A stretch of 18,182 nucleotides of DNA from Sandaracinaceae bacterium (GCA_044220955.1 JBGAQA010000119.1:1-18182), one strand, 5' to 3'; positions 7,854 to 15,852 are shown, counted from the stretch's first letter. Notes: a model not told the origin generated them from the letters alone. Program-made: numbers and translations.

Positions 7854-8729
7854 ATGCAAGCACTTCGCCCGAAACTGTGGGCGCCCCTGGTGCTGGTCCT
7901 CGGAGGCGCCATCGCCTTCGCGGCCTCGCAGGGCGCACCCGTAGAGGCCGCGGATCACAACGATCCGCCCCTTCGCGTTCACAGCACGCCCACCGGGGCC
8001 CCGACCGACGACCGCGCGTCCGACATCGCGGACGTCTTCGCGTTCACGCGGGGAACGGGCTCGGCGCAGACGACGGTGCTCGCCATGTCCTTCGACGGCC
8101 CGAACGCGCCCTCGGCGCTCACGGCGGTCCCGTGCGACCGGGACGTCGTGTACCAGATCCACATCACGTCCGACGGCGGCATCTGCCCGGCCATGGTCGA
8201 CGACGGCACGGGCACGCTCGTGGCGTGCACCGGCGCCGACGCGACGCACCCCTGCGGCCAGTTCACGCCCTCGGGCGGCTCGGCGATGGACTGCGAGGCC
8301 GCACACGCCGACATGCACACGATCAACGTTCGCTTCGCGCCGAACGGCACGGGCTCGACCGCGACCTGCGTGGTCCAGGCCGAGTTCGCGTCCGCCCCGG
8401 GCGCGGCGGCCATCTCGGCGACGCCCATCGCGGGCGCGGTCGAGACGGAGCTGACCAGCGGCTCGATCCACATGTACGCGGGCCTGCGCGACGACGCGTT
8501 CTTCTTCGACCTCGCGGGCTTCCAGCAGACGCTCGCGATGGGCTCGCTGCAGTTCCACTCGATCGTCAGCACTGGCACGGCGGACTTCTTCGCCGGGCTC
8601 AACACGCCGGTCATCGTGTTCGAGTTCCCGACGAGCGCGATCACGCGCGCGACGGGCGCGCTCCCGCCGACGGGCACGGTCTTCCGTGTCTGGGGCTCCA
8701 CGGCCCGCTACCTGCCGGCGGCGACCTGA
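7854..8729 (+). CDS. DUF4331-family protein, N-terminal-half type, secreted
   Basis: Signal peptide, then AADHNDPP, DIADVFAF, AGLRDDAFFFDLAGF and DFFAGLNTPVIVFEFP. GGAGG RBS upstream. Confidence 0.85.
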   Translation: MQALRPKLWAPLVLVLGGAIAFAASQGAPVEAADHNDPPLRVHSTPTGAPTDDRASDIADVFAFTRGTGSAQTTVLAMSFDGPNAPSALTAVPCDRDVVYQIHITSDGGICPAMVDDGTGTLVACTGADATHPCGQFTPSGGSAMDCEAAHADMHTINVRFAPNGTGSTATCVVQAEFASAPGAAAISATPIAGAVETELTSGSIHMYAGLRDDAFFFDLAGFQQTLAMGSLQFHSIVSTGTADFFAGLNTPVIVFEFPTSAITRATGALPPTGTVFRVWGSTARYLPAAT

Positions 8730-8739
8730 GGAGATGCAC

Positions 8740-10089
8740 ATGAAGAACATCACACTCCTCCTCTGCACGGCAGCGCTCGGCACGATGGCCGTCGGCTGCA
8801 ACAATCCCGCCCCGACCACCGACGCGGGCACCGACGCCGGCGGCGGCGGCGGCGACATGGGCATGCGCGACACCGGCATGGGCGTCGACATGGGCGCGAT
8901 GCCCGACATGGGCACCGACGCCTTCGCGGGCCCGGACACGAACGTCACGCTCGACTGCGCGGGCTACTGCACGCAGGTCACCACCAACTGCACCGCGGCC
9001 AACGCGCAGTACACCGACATGGCGGACTGCATGACGCAGTGCACGGCGGCTGCCTGGACGCCGGGCGCCGCGAGCGATACCGGCGGTAACACGCTCGGCT
9101 GCCGCATCTATCACGCGCTCGCCTCCGCGGCCGACGCCGCGACGCACTGCTCGCATGCCGGCTGGCTCGGCGGCGGCGTCTGCACGCCGTTCCGCACGGA
9201 CGCGCCGACGGAGGTCGCCGTCGACTACACCGACCCGGCGCACCCGCTGCACCCGGCAGGCTACGTCCGCGTCGACCGCATGGGCGTGCCGGCCGTCGCG
9301 ACGGCGCTGATCGGCCCGGGCCTCGGCACGATGGCCGCTCAGGAGAAGAACAACTACAACGACAGCAACCCGACCGGCGACGCCGCGTTCGCCTCCGGCG
9401 TCCAGCTGCTCACCGCCGTCGGCGCGCTGCACTCGGTGCTCGACGACGACCTCGTCGGCGCCGGCTTCACGCCCTGCAACGTGACGCACACGTTCGACAT
9501 CGGCGCCGCGGCGCCCGTGCCGGTCTGCGGCGTCCAGCACATCGACGGCTCGCCGCTCGCGGGCCCGGGCGCCCCGGTCGTCGCGCTGATCCTGCCGGAC
9601 ACCCTGCGCGTCGATCCGACGGCTCCGTCGGGCTTCCCGAACGGTCGCGAGCTGGACGACGCGGTGATCGATCCGATCCTCTCGGCGCTCCTCTTGAACC
9701 TCGAGCCCTGCGCGGGCACGCCGACGTGCCAGACGCACACCACGATGGGGACCTGCACGCCGGACGCCACCTGCGCCTGGGTGCCCACCAGCGCGACCAG
9801 CGGCGTCTGTCTGCCGCTCAGCTGCGCCTCGCTCACCACGCAGACCATGTGTGGCGCCAACCCGCTCTGCACCTGGCAGGGTCCCTCGGCCACGACCGGC
9901 GTCTGTGCGCCGATCCCGTGCGAGGCGATCCCGATGGCGTCGCTCTGCGGCGCTCAGGCGGGCTGCTCCGCGGCGACCTGCGCGGGCAGCCGCTGCAACA
10001 TCGGCTCGTTCAGCGCCCTGCCGCTGAACCCCCCGGCGAACGACGTGGCATTCGACACGGCGTTCCCCTACTTCGCCGATCCGCACTGA
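8740..10089 (+). CDS. DUF4331-family lipoprotein, C-terminal-half type, with two Cys-rich modules
   Basis: GAGGAG RBS at 8728-8733, lipobox MAVGC, D-x-G linker, and motifs VDRMGVPAVATAL, PDTLRVD, GFPNGRELDDAVID and NDVAFDTAFPYFADPH. Confidence 0.85.
   Translation: MKNITLLLCTAALGTMAVGCNNPAPTTDAGTDAGGGGGDMGMRDTGMGVDMGAMPDMGTDAFAGPDTNVTLDCAGYCTQVTTNCTAANAQYTDMADCMTQCTAAAWTPGAASDTGGNTLGCRIYHALASAADAATHCSHAGWLGGGVCTPFRTDAPTEVAVDYTDPAHPLHPAGYVRVDRMGVPAVATALIGPGLGTMAAQEKNNYNDSNPTGDAAFASGVQLLTAVGALHSVLDDDLVGAGFTPCNVTHTFDIGAAAPVPVCGVQHIDGSPLAGPGAPVVALILPDTLRVDPTAPSGFPNGRELDDAVIDPILSALLLNLEPCAGTPTCQTHTTMGTCTPDATCAWVPTSATSGVCLPLSCASLTTQTMCGANPLCTWQGPSATTGVCAPIPCEAIPMASLCGAQAGCSAATCAGSRCNIGSFSALPLNPPANDVAFDTAFPYFADPH
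9727..9966 (+). repeat. In-frame 96-bp (32-aa) Cys-rich tandem repeat, about 2.5 copies
   Basis: Units start at 9727, 9823 and 9919 with the pattern C-x8-C-x5-C-x-W-x9-C. SATSGVC/SATTGVC is shared by units 1 and 2, and unit 3 is truncated. Confidence 0.85.
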
Positions 10090-10111
10090 TCGCGCGTCAC
10101 CTCGTGATCCT

Positions 10112-10150
10112 GGGAGAGGCCGCCGAGCGATCGGTGGCCTCTTCCTTTTT
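10112..10150 (+). terminator. Intrinsic (rho-independent) terminator between the DUF4331 pair and the TPR gene
   Basis: GGGAGAGGCCGCCGA-GCGA-TCGGTGGCCTCTTCC-TTTTT: a 15-bp stem with two G-U pairs, a GNRA loop and a 5-U tail. Confidence 0.8.
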
Positions 10151-10183
10151 CGGCGCCCGATTTCTGGTAGGTCCGTCCGCTCG

Positions 10184-11518
10184 ATGCGCCGCGCGTCCCA
10201 GCTCTCGCTCGCGATCGCGGCCGCCGCGCTGCTCGCGTACGGCGTCGCGCAGCTCGAGCGCGCGGGCTCGACGCCGCCGCATGCGCCGGCCACCGAGACC
10301 GCCCCACCGCCCACCACCCTGGGCGGGCCGCAGCCGGACGCGCTCGGCCGCATCGACGCCAACATCGCGACCTACGGCGCCCGCGCGCGCGCGGGGCACA
10401 GCTGGCTCGACTGGAACTTCGTCGCGATCAACTACATGGACCGCGCCCGGCTGACCGGGGACTACGCCGACTGGCGCGAGGCCGACCTGGCGCTCGAGAG
10501 CGCGTTCCGCGACGGAAACGGCTTCGGTCCCTATCTCACCCGCGCCGCCCTGAACTCGGCGATGCACCGGATCGACCGGGTCGACGCCGACCTCGACGCG
10601 GCGGCCGGCGGGAGCATCGTGTCGCAGACCGACCGCGCGCAGATCCTCGCCATGCGCGCGGACGCTCGCTACTACGGGGGGCGCTACGACGAGGCGCGCG
10701 CGCTCTTTCAGGAGCAGGTCGAGCGCACCCATCGGGACGCGGAGTCGCTCGTGCTCCTGGCCCAGCTCGAGTGGCACACGGGACGCTTTTCCGAGGCCGT
10801 CGCGCTGATGGACGAGGCCCAGGCGGCAGCCGAGCGGCCTGACGCGCGCACGAGGGCCGTGCTCGCGTGGGTGCTGACGACGCGCGCGATGCTCGAGCGC
10901 GACCGCGGGAGGCTCGACGACGCAATGGCCGTCCTCTCTCGCGCGCGGTCGGCGAGCGCCGACGACCCCCACCAGGACGAGGTGCGGGCGGAGGTCCACG
11001 AGGCGCGGGGCGAGCTCGACGAGGCGCTGCACCTCTTCCGCTCGGTCGCGGCGCGCACGAGCTCGCCACAGTCGCTCGACGGCGCCGCACGCGTGCTGCG
11101 CGCGCGCGGCGACACGATCGAGGAGCGCGAGCTCGTGACGACGGCTCGCCAGAGCTACGAGGCCCAGATGGCGCTCTTCCCGGAGGCGGCGTACGGCCAC
11201 GCGATCGACCACTGGCTGCGCCTCGAGCCCGGCGACGTCGACCGCATGATCACCATCGCCGAGGGAAACGCAGAGGCGCGTCCCTACGGCGAGACGCGCG
11301 TGAAGCTGGCGATGGCCTACCTGCTCGCGGGCAGGATCGAGGACGCACGCACCACGCTCGACGCCGTGCTCGCCACCGAGTGGAGCACGGCCGATCTGCA
11401 CGGCGTGAACGCGCTCGTGCTCGAGCGCGAGGGTCAGGATGGCGCGAGCGAGCGCGCCGCCGCCGAGGCGATCGCCCCCGGCGCGATGGCGCGCCTCGGC
11501 TGGCTGACAGCTTCCTAG
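10184..11518 (+). CDS. Tetratricopeptide-repeat protein with an N-terminal signal/anchor
   Basis: Repeated helical motifs GRYDEARALF, GRFSEAVALM, GRLDDAMAVL, GELDEALHLF and GRIEDARTTL, plus ARLTGDYADW. The N-terminus is hydrophobic. Confidence 0.88.
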   Translation: MRRASQLSLAIAAAALLAYGVAQLERAGSTPPHAPATETAPPPTTLGGPQPDALGRIDANIATYGARARAGHSWLDWNFVAINYMDRARLTGDYADWREADLALESAFRDGNGFGPYLTRAALNSAMHRIDRVDADLDAAAGGSIVSQTDRAQILAMRADARYYGGRYDEARALFQEQVERTHRDAESLVLLAQLEWHTGRFSEAVALMDEAQAAAERPDARTRAVLAWVLTTRAMLERDRGRLDDAMAVLSRARSASADDPHQDEVRAEVHEARGELDEALHLFRSVAARTSSPQSLDGAARVLRARGDTIEERELVTTARQSYEAQMALFPEAAYGHAIDHWLRLEPGDVDRMITIAEGNAEARPYGETRVKLAMAYLLAGRIEDARTTLDAVLATEWSTADLHGVNALVLEREGQDGASERAAAEAIAPGAMARLGWLTAS

Positions 11519-11783
11519 GTGTCGTGTCAGCGGCGTCTGCGACGCAGTGCTGACCACGAAGCTGCTCCGCAGCTTCGCGAGGGCGAGGGGCGAGCGCCTC
11601 GCGGACAATCAAGGGCCGCCCAGCGGATCAACGGTAGCGGCGCGGGGCCGGTGCGCCCGTTGTTGAGCGTCCGAGGACACCGCCGTTCGTGTCCGACGGA
11701 GCGAAGCAACGGGGGTACCGGCCACGCGACGCGGCCAGCACACCCCACGCTGGCCGGGATCGAAACGCCACGGTCACGACACC
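11518..11783. mobile_element. MITE-like or structured intergenic repeat (about 266 bp)
   Basis: Terminal inverted repeat GGTGTCGTG (11518-11526) / CACGACACC (11775-11783). CTAG on both flanks (11515-11518 and 11786-11789). At least five internal hairpins and no credible CDS. Confidence 0.6.
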
Positions 11784-11785
11784 AG

Positions 11786-12514
11786 CTAGTAGTTGTGGAG
11801 CACGAGCCCGGCGTGGCGTGCGCGCACCTCGCGCACGAGCGCGTCGTGGCCGACGGCGAGGACCACGGTTCGCTCCGCGTGCGGACCGAGCCGGTCGAAG
11901 AGCGCGTCCGGCGCTCTGACGCCCTCGTAGGATCCGTCCTGCCGCACGCTCCCGACGTGCAGCGCCACGTCGACCCCGAGCGATCTCCATCGCTCGACGT
12001 CGGCGGCGAAGGGCAGGTGCGAGGGTGAGCGCAGGCCGTAGTCGAGCGAGAGGGCGCCGTACGCCTTGCGATCCCTCAGCACGACCTCGAGCGCGCTCCG
12101 CACCGGCGCGAGCGCCGTGCCCACCGCGAGCATCGCGAGGTCGCGTCCCCGGGCGCTCTCGAGCGCGAAGCCCTCTCCCGCCGGCAGCGTCACCTCGATC
12201 GGCGTGCCGAGGGGCATCGTGGCGATGCGATCGGCCGCCTCGCCGCCCGCCGGGTTGTTCGTCCGGACGAGGAACGAGAGCGCGGGCTCGAAGGGCGCGC
12301 TCGCGATCGCGAAGATCCCCTCGTGCTCGGCCCCCTCGTCGGCGCGGACGCGCATCTTCACGAACTGCCCCGCGCGCCGGAAGGCGCCCCGCATGGCGTC
12401 GTCCGACGCTACGCCGAAGACGACGTGCTCGGCGGTCTCGGTCCGCCGCGCGGCGAGCGTGCTCGAACGGAACGCGGAGAAGACCGGCAGCGCCACGCCG
12501 GAGCGGCATAGCAT
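11786..12514 (-). CDS. FNR-like FAD/NAD(P)-binding oxidoreductase
   Basis: Motifs GQFVKM, FAIASAP, IEVTLPAGEGF, AVGTALAPVRS, YGLRS and C-terminal HNY. The ATG overlaps the upstream stop (TGATG). An alternative GTG start lies at 12496. Confidence 0.82.
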   Translation of the reverse strand: MLCRSGVALPVFSAFRSSTLAARRTETAEHVVFGVASDDAMRGAFRRAGQFVKMRVRADEGAEHEGIFAIASAPFEPALSFLVRTNNPAGGEAADRIATMPLGTPIEVTLPAGEGFALESARGRDLAMLAVGTALAPVRSALEVVLRDRKAYGALSLDYGLRSPSHLPFAADVERWRSLGVDVALHVGSVRQDGSYEGVRAPDALFDRLGPHAERTVVLAVGHDALVREVRARHAGLVLHNY

Positions 12515-13554
12515 CAAAACAGCGGGAGCTGCCGGCGCGGCTTCTCCGGCCGCCGGAAGCTCGTCTCGCGATCCGCGAGCGCCTCTTGCGCGTTCATCCC
12601 GAGCCGCTTCACGTGCAGGCGGAAGAGCTGCTCGATCGCCTTCCAGCGCGGGCCGGAGCCGACCATGCGCGAACCGAAGCGCACGTCGTTCATCTCGCCG
12701 CCGCGCATCTCGCGGATCGCGTTCTTCACCTTCGCCGCGCGGAGCGGGACCTCGCGCTCGAGCCGCTCGAGGAAGATCGGCAGGACCTCGCCGGAGAGAC
12801 GCACGAGCGTGATGAACGCGTAGCGCGCGCCCGCGTTCTTGCCGCGCTCGAGCAGCTCGGGGATGAAGCTCTCGTTCAGGCCCGGGATCACCGGAGCGAG
12901 CGAGAGCCCGACCTCGATCCCCGCATCGGCGAGCGCCCTCATCGCCTCGAAGCGCCGCGAGACGGGGCTCGCCCAGGGCTCCATGGCGCGGCCGAGCGCG
13001 TCGTCCGCGAACGCGATCGAGAACGTGACGCGCACGCTCGCGCGCTCGGCCAGACGCGCGAGCACGTCGACGTCGCGCCGCACGAGCGCGTTCTTCGTGA
13101 TGATCCCGACCGGGCTCCGGTACTCCTCCATCACCCCGAGCAGGCCGCGCGTGAGGCCGTACTTCGCCTCGAGCGGCTGGTAGCAGTCGGTGTTGCCCGA
13201 GAGCGCGATCACCTCGCCCTGCCAGCTCTTCTTCTCGAACGTCTCGCGAAGGAGCGCGACGGCGTTCTTCTTCACCACGATCTTGCGCTCGAAGTCCGTT
13301 CCCGCCCCGAAGCCGAGGTACGGGTGCGTCGGGCGCGCGTAGCAGTACGCGCAGCCGTGGTAGCAGCCGCGGTACGGGTTGATCGAGAAGCGAAAGCCCA
13401 GGTCGGGGCTCTCGTTCTCGGCGACGATCGAGCGCGCCGTCTCCTCGTACACCTCGAGCTTCGCGAGCGGCGCCTCTCCCTCGACATCCTCGCCGTCCCA
13501 CTCCGCGTGGACCTGCTCGAAGCGATTGGGCGGGTTCTGCAGCCGATGCGGCAT
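12514..13554 (-). CDS. Radical SAM protein, PA0069/Rv2578c family (spore photoproduct lyase-like)
   Basis: FSINPYRGCYHGCAYCYARPTH (CxxxCxxC), TDFERKIVVK, SGNTDCYQPLE, ITKNALVRRD and APVIPGLN. Confidence 0.93.
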   Translation of the reverse strand: MPHRLQNPPNRFEQVHAEWDGEDVEGEAPLAKLEVYEETARSIVAENESPDLGFRFSINPYRGCYHGCAYCYARPTHPYLGFGAGTDFERKIVVKKNAVALLRETFEKKSWQGEVIALSGNTDCYQPLEAKYGLTRGLLGVMEEYRSPVGIITKNALVRRDVDVLARLAERASVRVTFSIAFADDALGRAMEPWASPVSRRFEAMRALADAGIEVGLSLAPVIPGLNESFIPELLERGKNAGARYAFITLVRLSGEVLPIFLERLEREVPLRAAKVKNAIREMRGGEMNDVRFGSRMVGSGPRWKAIEQLFRLHVKRLGMNAQEALADRETSFRRPEKPRRQLPLF

Positions 13555-13561
13555 GGGCCGA

Positions 13562-14599
13562 TCATCGGGTGTCGCTGTACGTATGTCCAGTGGTCGTCAC
13601 CTCGATCGGCGGCGCGGCCAGCGGCGAGATCTCCAGCGCGTCGAGCGCGTCCTGCCGGTACGCGCGTGCGTGCAAGGTGGCCGAAGCGGTCACGGCGTCG
13701 GCGGCGATCGCGACGCGGCGGACCTCGAAGGGCGCGAGGCGTCGCTCCTCGATCCTGTCGGCCTCGGTCGGGAGCGCGACGGGCGCCGCGCCGCGCATGG
13801 GGCGATCGCCGAGCTCGATCACGCGCGGCAAGTGCTCGACCGTTCCATCGGCGTGCGTGACGTCGAGATCGACCCAGACGTCGCGCAGGAACGCGACGCC
13901 GGTCGGGACGGCGTGTCCGGCGCCGACGTTCTCGAGCTCGAGGGCATGGTCGACGAAGCGCAGCTCGAGAGCCGCCGCGAGCGTCGAGGCGTCGAAGCCG
14001 ACGAACGCATGGTCGTGGCGCTCGCGCACGGGCCCGCCGGGCGCGACGGCACCGTCCTCGAGGCGCCGGAGGTGGCAGGCCGCGCACGCGGGCGAGCCCG
14101 TCGCGACGGCCGCGCTCGCGTGCTCGCTCCCGGTGTGCTCGACGAAGAGGCTCGGCCCCGTCACCTCGTGACAGCTCGCGCAGAGCTCGCTCGAGGTGAG
14201 CAGGCCACTGGTGCGCGTGGTGTGGGGCGCGCGCGCGCCCTCGAAGGGGCCCATCAGCGGCGCGTCGAGGTCCAGAACGAGACGCCCGTCGCGCGCGCCG
14301 AGGTTGCCCACGGCGGCGTGGCACGAGACGCACGTGATGGCCGCGTCGTCGCCGTGCGCCGGCGCGTGACAGGCGACGCAGCGCGCGCGCGCCGCCTCGC
14401 CCCAGCTCGCTCCGACCCGCGGAAGAAGCGCCTGGAAGACCGGCGACTCGCTCGCGCGCGCGTGCGCCGAGGACTCGAACGCCGCGCCGTGATCGGAATG
14501 GCAGCTCGCACACGCCTGCTCCGCGTTCGTCGGCAGGCCGTTGCCCGGGGCCCGCGCACAGCCGAGCAGCAGCGTGAAGACGAGGGCGAGCGCGCGCAC
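13562..14599 (-). CDS. Pentaheme c-type cytochrome lipoprotein (c554-like N-terminal domain)
   Basis: Five CxxCH motifs (CASCH, CVACH, CVSCH, CASCH, CAACH), S-x-HA after heme 1, C-terminal NVGAGHAVPTG and lipobox LLLGC. GTG start at 14599. Confidence 0.88.
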   Translation of the reverse strand: MRALALVFTLLLGCARAPGNGLPTNAEQACASCHSDHGAAFESSAHARASESPVFQALLPRVGASWGEAARARCVACHAPAHGDDAAITCVSCHAAVGNLGARDGRLVLDLDAPLMGPFEGARAPHTTRTSGLLTSSELCASCHEVTGPSLFVEHTGSEHASAAVATGSPACAACHLRRLEDGAVAPGGPVRERHDHAFVGFDASTLAAALELRFVDHALELENVGAGHAVPTGVAFLRDVWVDLDVTHADGTVEHLPRVIELGDRPMRGAAPVALPTEADRIEERRLAPFEVRRVAIAADAVTASATLHARAYRQDALDALEISPLAAPPIEVTTTGHTYSDTR

Positions 14600-14604
14600 G
14601 ACCC

Positions 14605-15219
14605 TCAGTCCCCGAAGTGCACGGCCACGCCGAGCACGCCCTGCACGTTCCCGAGCGGCACGTAGTCGCCGCCGACGCCGCCGCTCCAGCCGCCCTGCGA
14701 GCGGTCGTGGCCCATGTACGCCGCGACCTGGACGTCCAGGAAGACCGAGCCCCAGGTCTCGATCGACGCCTCGATGCCCGCACCTCCGTGCACGCCGAAG
14801 AGCACGTCGTCGCCGCGCGGCGTCGTCGCCTCGCCCGGCTCGATCATCGAGAGGATCACGCAGAAGCCGAAGAGGGGCCGGATGCGCAGCCAGGGCTCGA
14901 GCTCGAAGGGCACGTACAGGTCGAACCCGAGCTGGTGGTCGTGACGGACCCCCGTCGGCCAGTCCACGTAGTGCCCCTCCCCGAACACCTCCACGCCGAG
15001 CAGCTCGAAGGGCTCCCAGCGGATGCGCCCGCCGCCGCCCACCGCCGCGTACGCGCCCGCCCATCCGGACGCATACGCGCCGATGGCGAAGGTGCGGTCG
15101 AAGGCGCTGCGGATCGCGGCCGGCGGCGTCGACGAGGCCCGGGGGGGCGCATCCTGGGCGGCCAGGGGCGCGGCGACGCACGAAACGACCAGGAACAGAG
15201 CAAGCGCGATACGGACCAT
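14605..15219 (-). CDS. Secreted small outer-membrane beta-barrel-like protein
   Basis: Signal peptide ending LAA|Q, about 8 alternating Gly/aromatic-rich strands (e.g. FGVHGGAGIEA, WGSVFLDVQVAAY), and a final strand VQGVLGVAVHF. Confidence 0.72.
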   Translation of the reverse strand: MVRIALALFLVVSCVAAPLAAQDAPPRASSTPPAAIRSAFDRTFAIGAYASGWAGAYAAVGGGGRIRWEPFELLGVEVFGEGHYVDWPTGVRHDHQLGFDLYVPFELEPWLRIRPLFGFCVILSMIEPGEATTPRGDDVLFGVHGGAGIEASIETWGSVFLDVQVAAYMGHDRSQGGWSGGVGGDYVPLGNVQGVLGVAVHFGD

Positions 15220-15297
15220 GAGCGGGCCTCCAGTCCCGTGGGTGGAGGCGCCGCGGCGGCTTTGGATCTTTTTTTTTCGACCGCGCGAGTTCGGGCG

Positions 15298-15744
15298 TCA
15301 GGCCACGGCCTGTGCGCGTGCCTCCTCCAGATCGAAGTCGAAGGGCAGCGGCTGAGTGGTGTCGTCCTCGACCAGGAGCGCCAGCAGGTCGGTCGACGTG
15401 ACGAGCCCGACGAGCCGCTCGCCCTCCACCACGGGCATCGCGTCGATCTTGCGCTCGATCATGACCCGCGCGATCTCGGACACCTTCGCGTGCGGGGAGC
15501 AGACGTAGGGCGCTGGCGTCATCGCGACGGCGACGGGGATCCCCGGGACGATCACGCGCTCGTCGTCGTCCCGCGTGGCACGGAGCAGGACGTCGCGATC
15601 CGAGAGGATCCCGACGAGTCGCCCGGCCTCGACGATCGGCAGGTGCCGGATGTGGCGGGCGCACATGGCCGCCCAGGCCGCATCGAGGGACATGCCCGCC
15701 GAAGCGACGACGATCTTGCGACTCATGGTGGCGTGTGCGCGCAT
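15298..15744 (-). CDS. CBS domain pair protein
   Basis: Motifs IRHLPIVEAGRLVGILSDRD, VAVAMT and KIDAMPVVEGERLVGLVTSTDLL. Start is at 15744 or 15726. Confidence 0.92.
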   Translation of the reverse strand: MRAHATMSRKIVVASAGMSLDAAWAAMCARHIRHLPIVEAGRLVGILSDRDVLLRATRDDDERVIVPGIPVAVAMTPAPYVCSPHAKVSEIARVMIERKIDAMPVVEGERLVGLVTSTDLLALLVEDDTTQPLPFDFDLEEARAQAVA

Positions 15745-15852
15745 CGAGCGATACCTACGCGCGGGGCGCGCGAGCGCCACGGTCCAAGGAAGAGGCGTCC
15801 GCACCCGTCGTAGGCTCGACGATCGGCCGGTGCTCGGATGACGCGAACATGG

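Noticed and set aside
11521..11784. tRNA/tmRNA-like RNA (ends in ACCA, termini pair, GGATCGAAAC resembles a T-loop)
   Set aside because: There is no correctly spaced T-arm, no GGGG 5' end or tag ORF, and the length is wrong. No RNase P or SRP signature was seen either.
13562..15219. MtrAB-type conduit
   Set aside because: The barrel is about 180 aa and the cytochrome has five hemes, far from decaheme MtrA and large-barrel MtrB.
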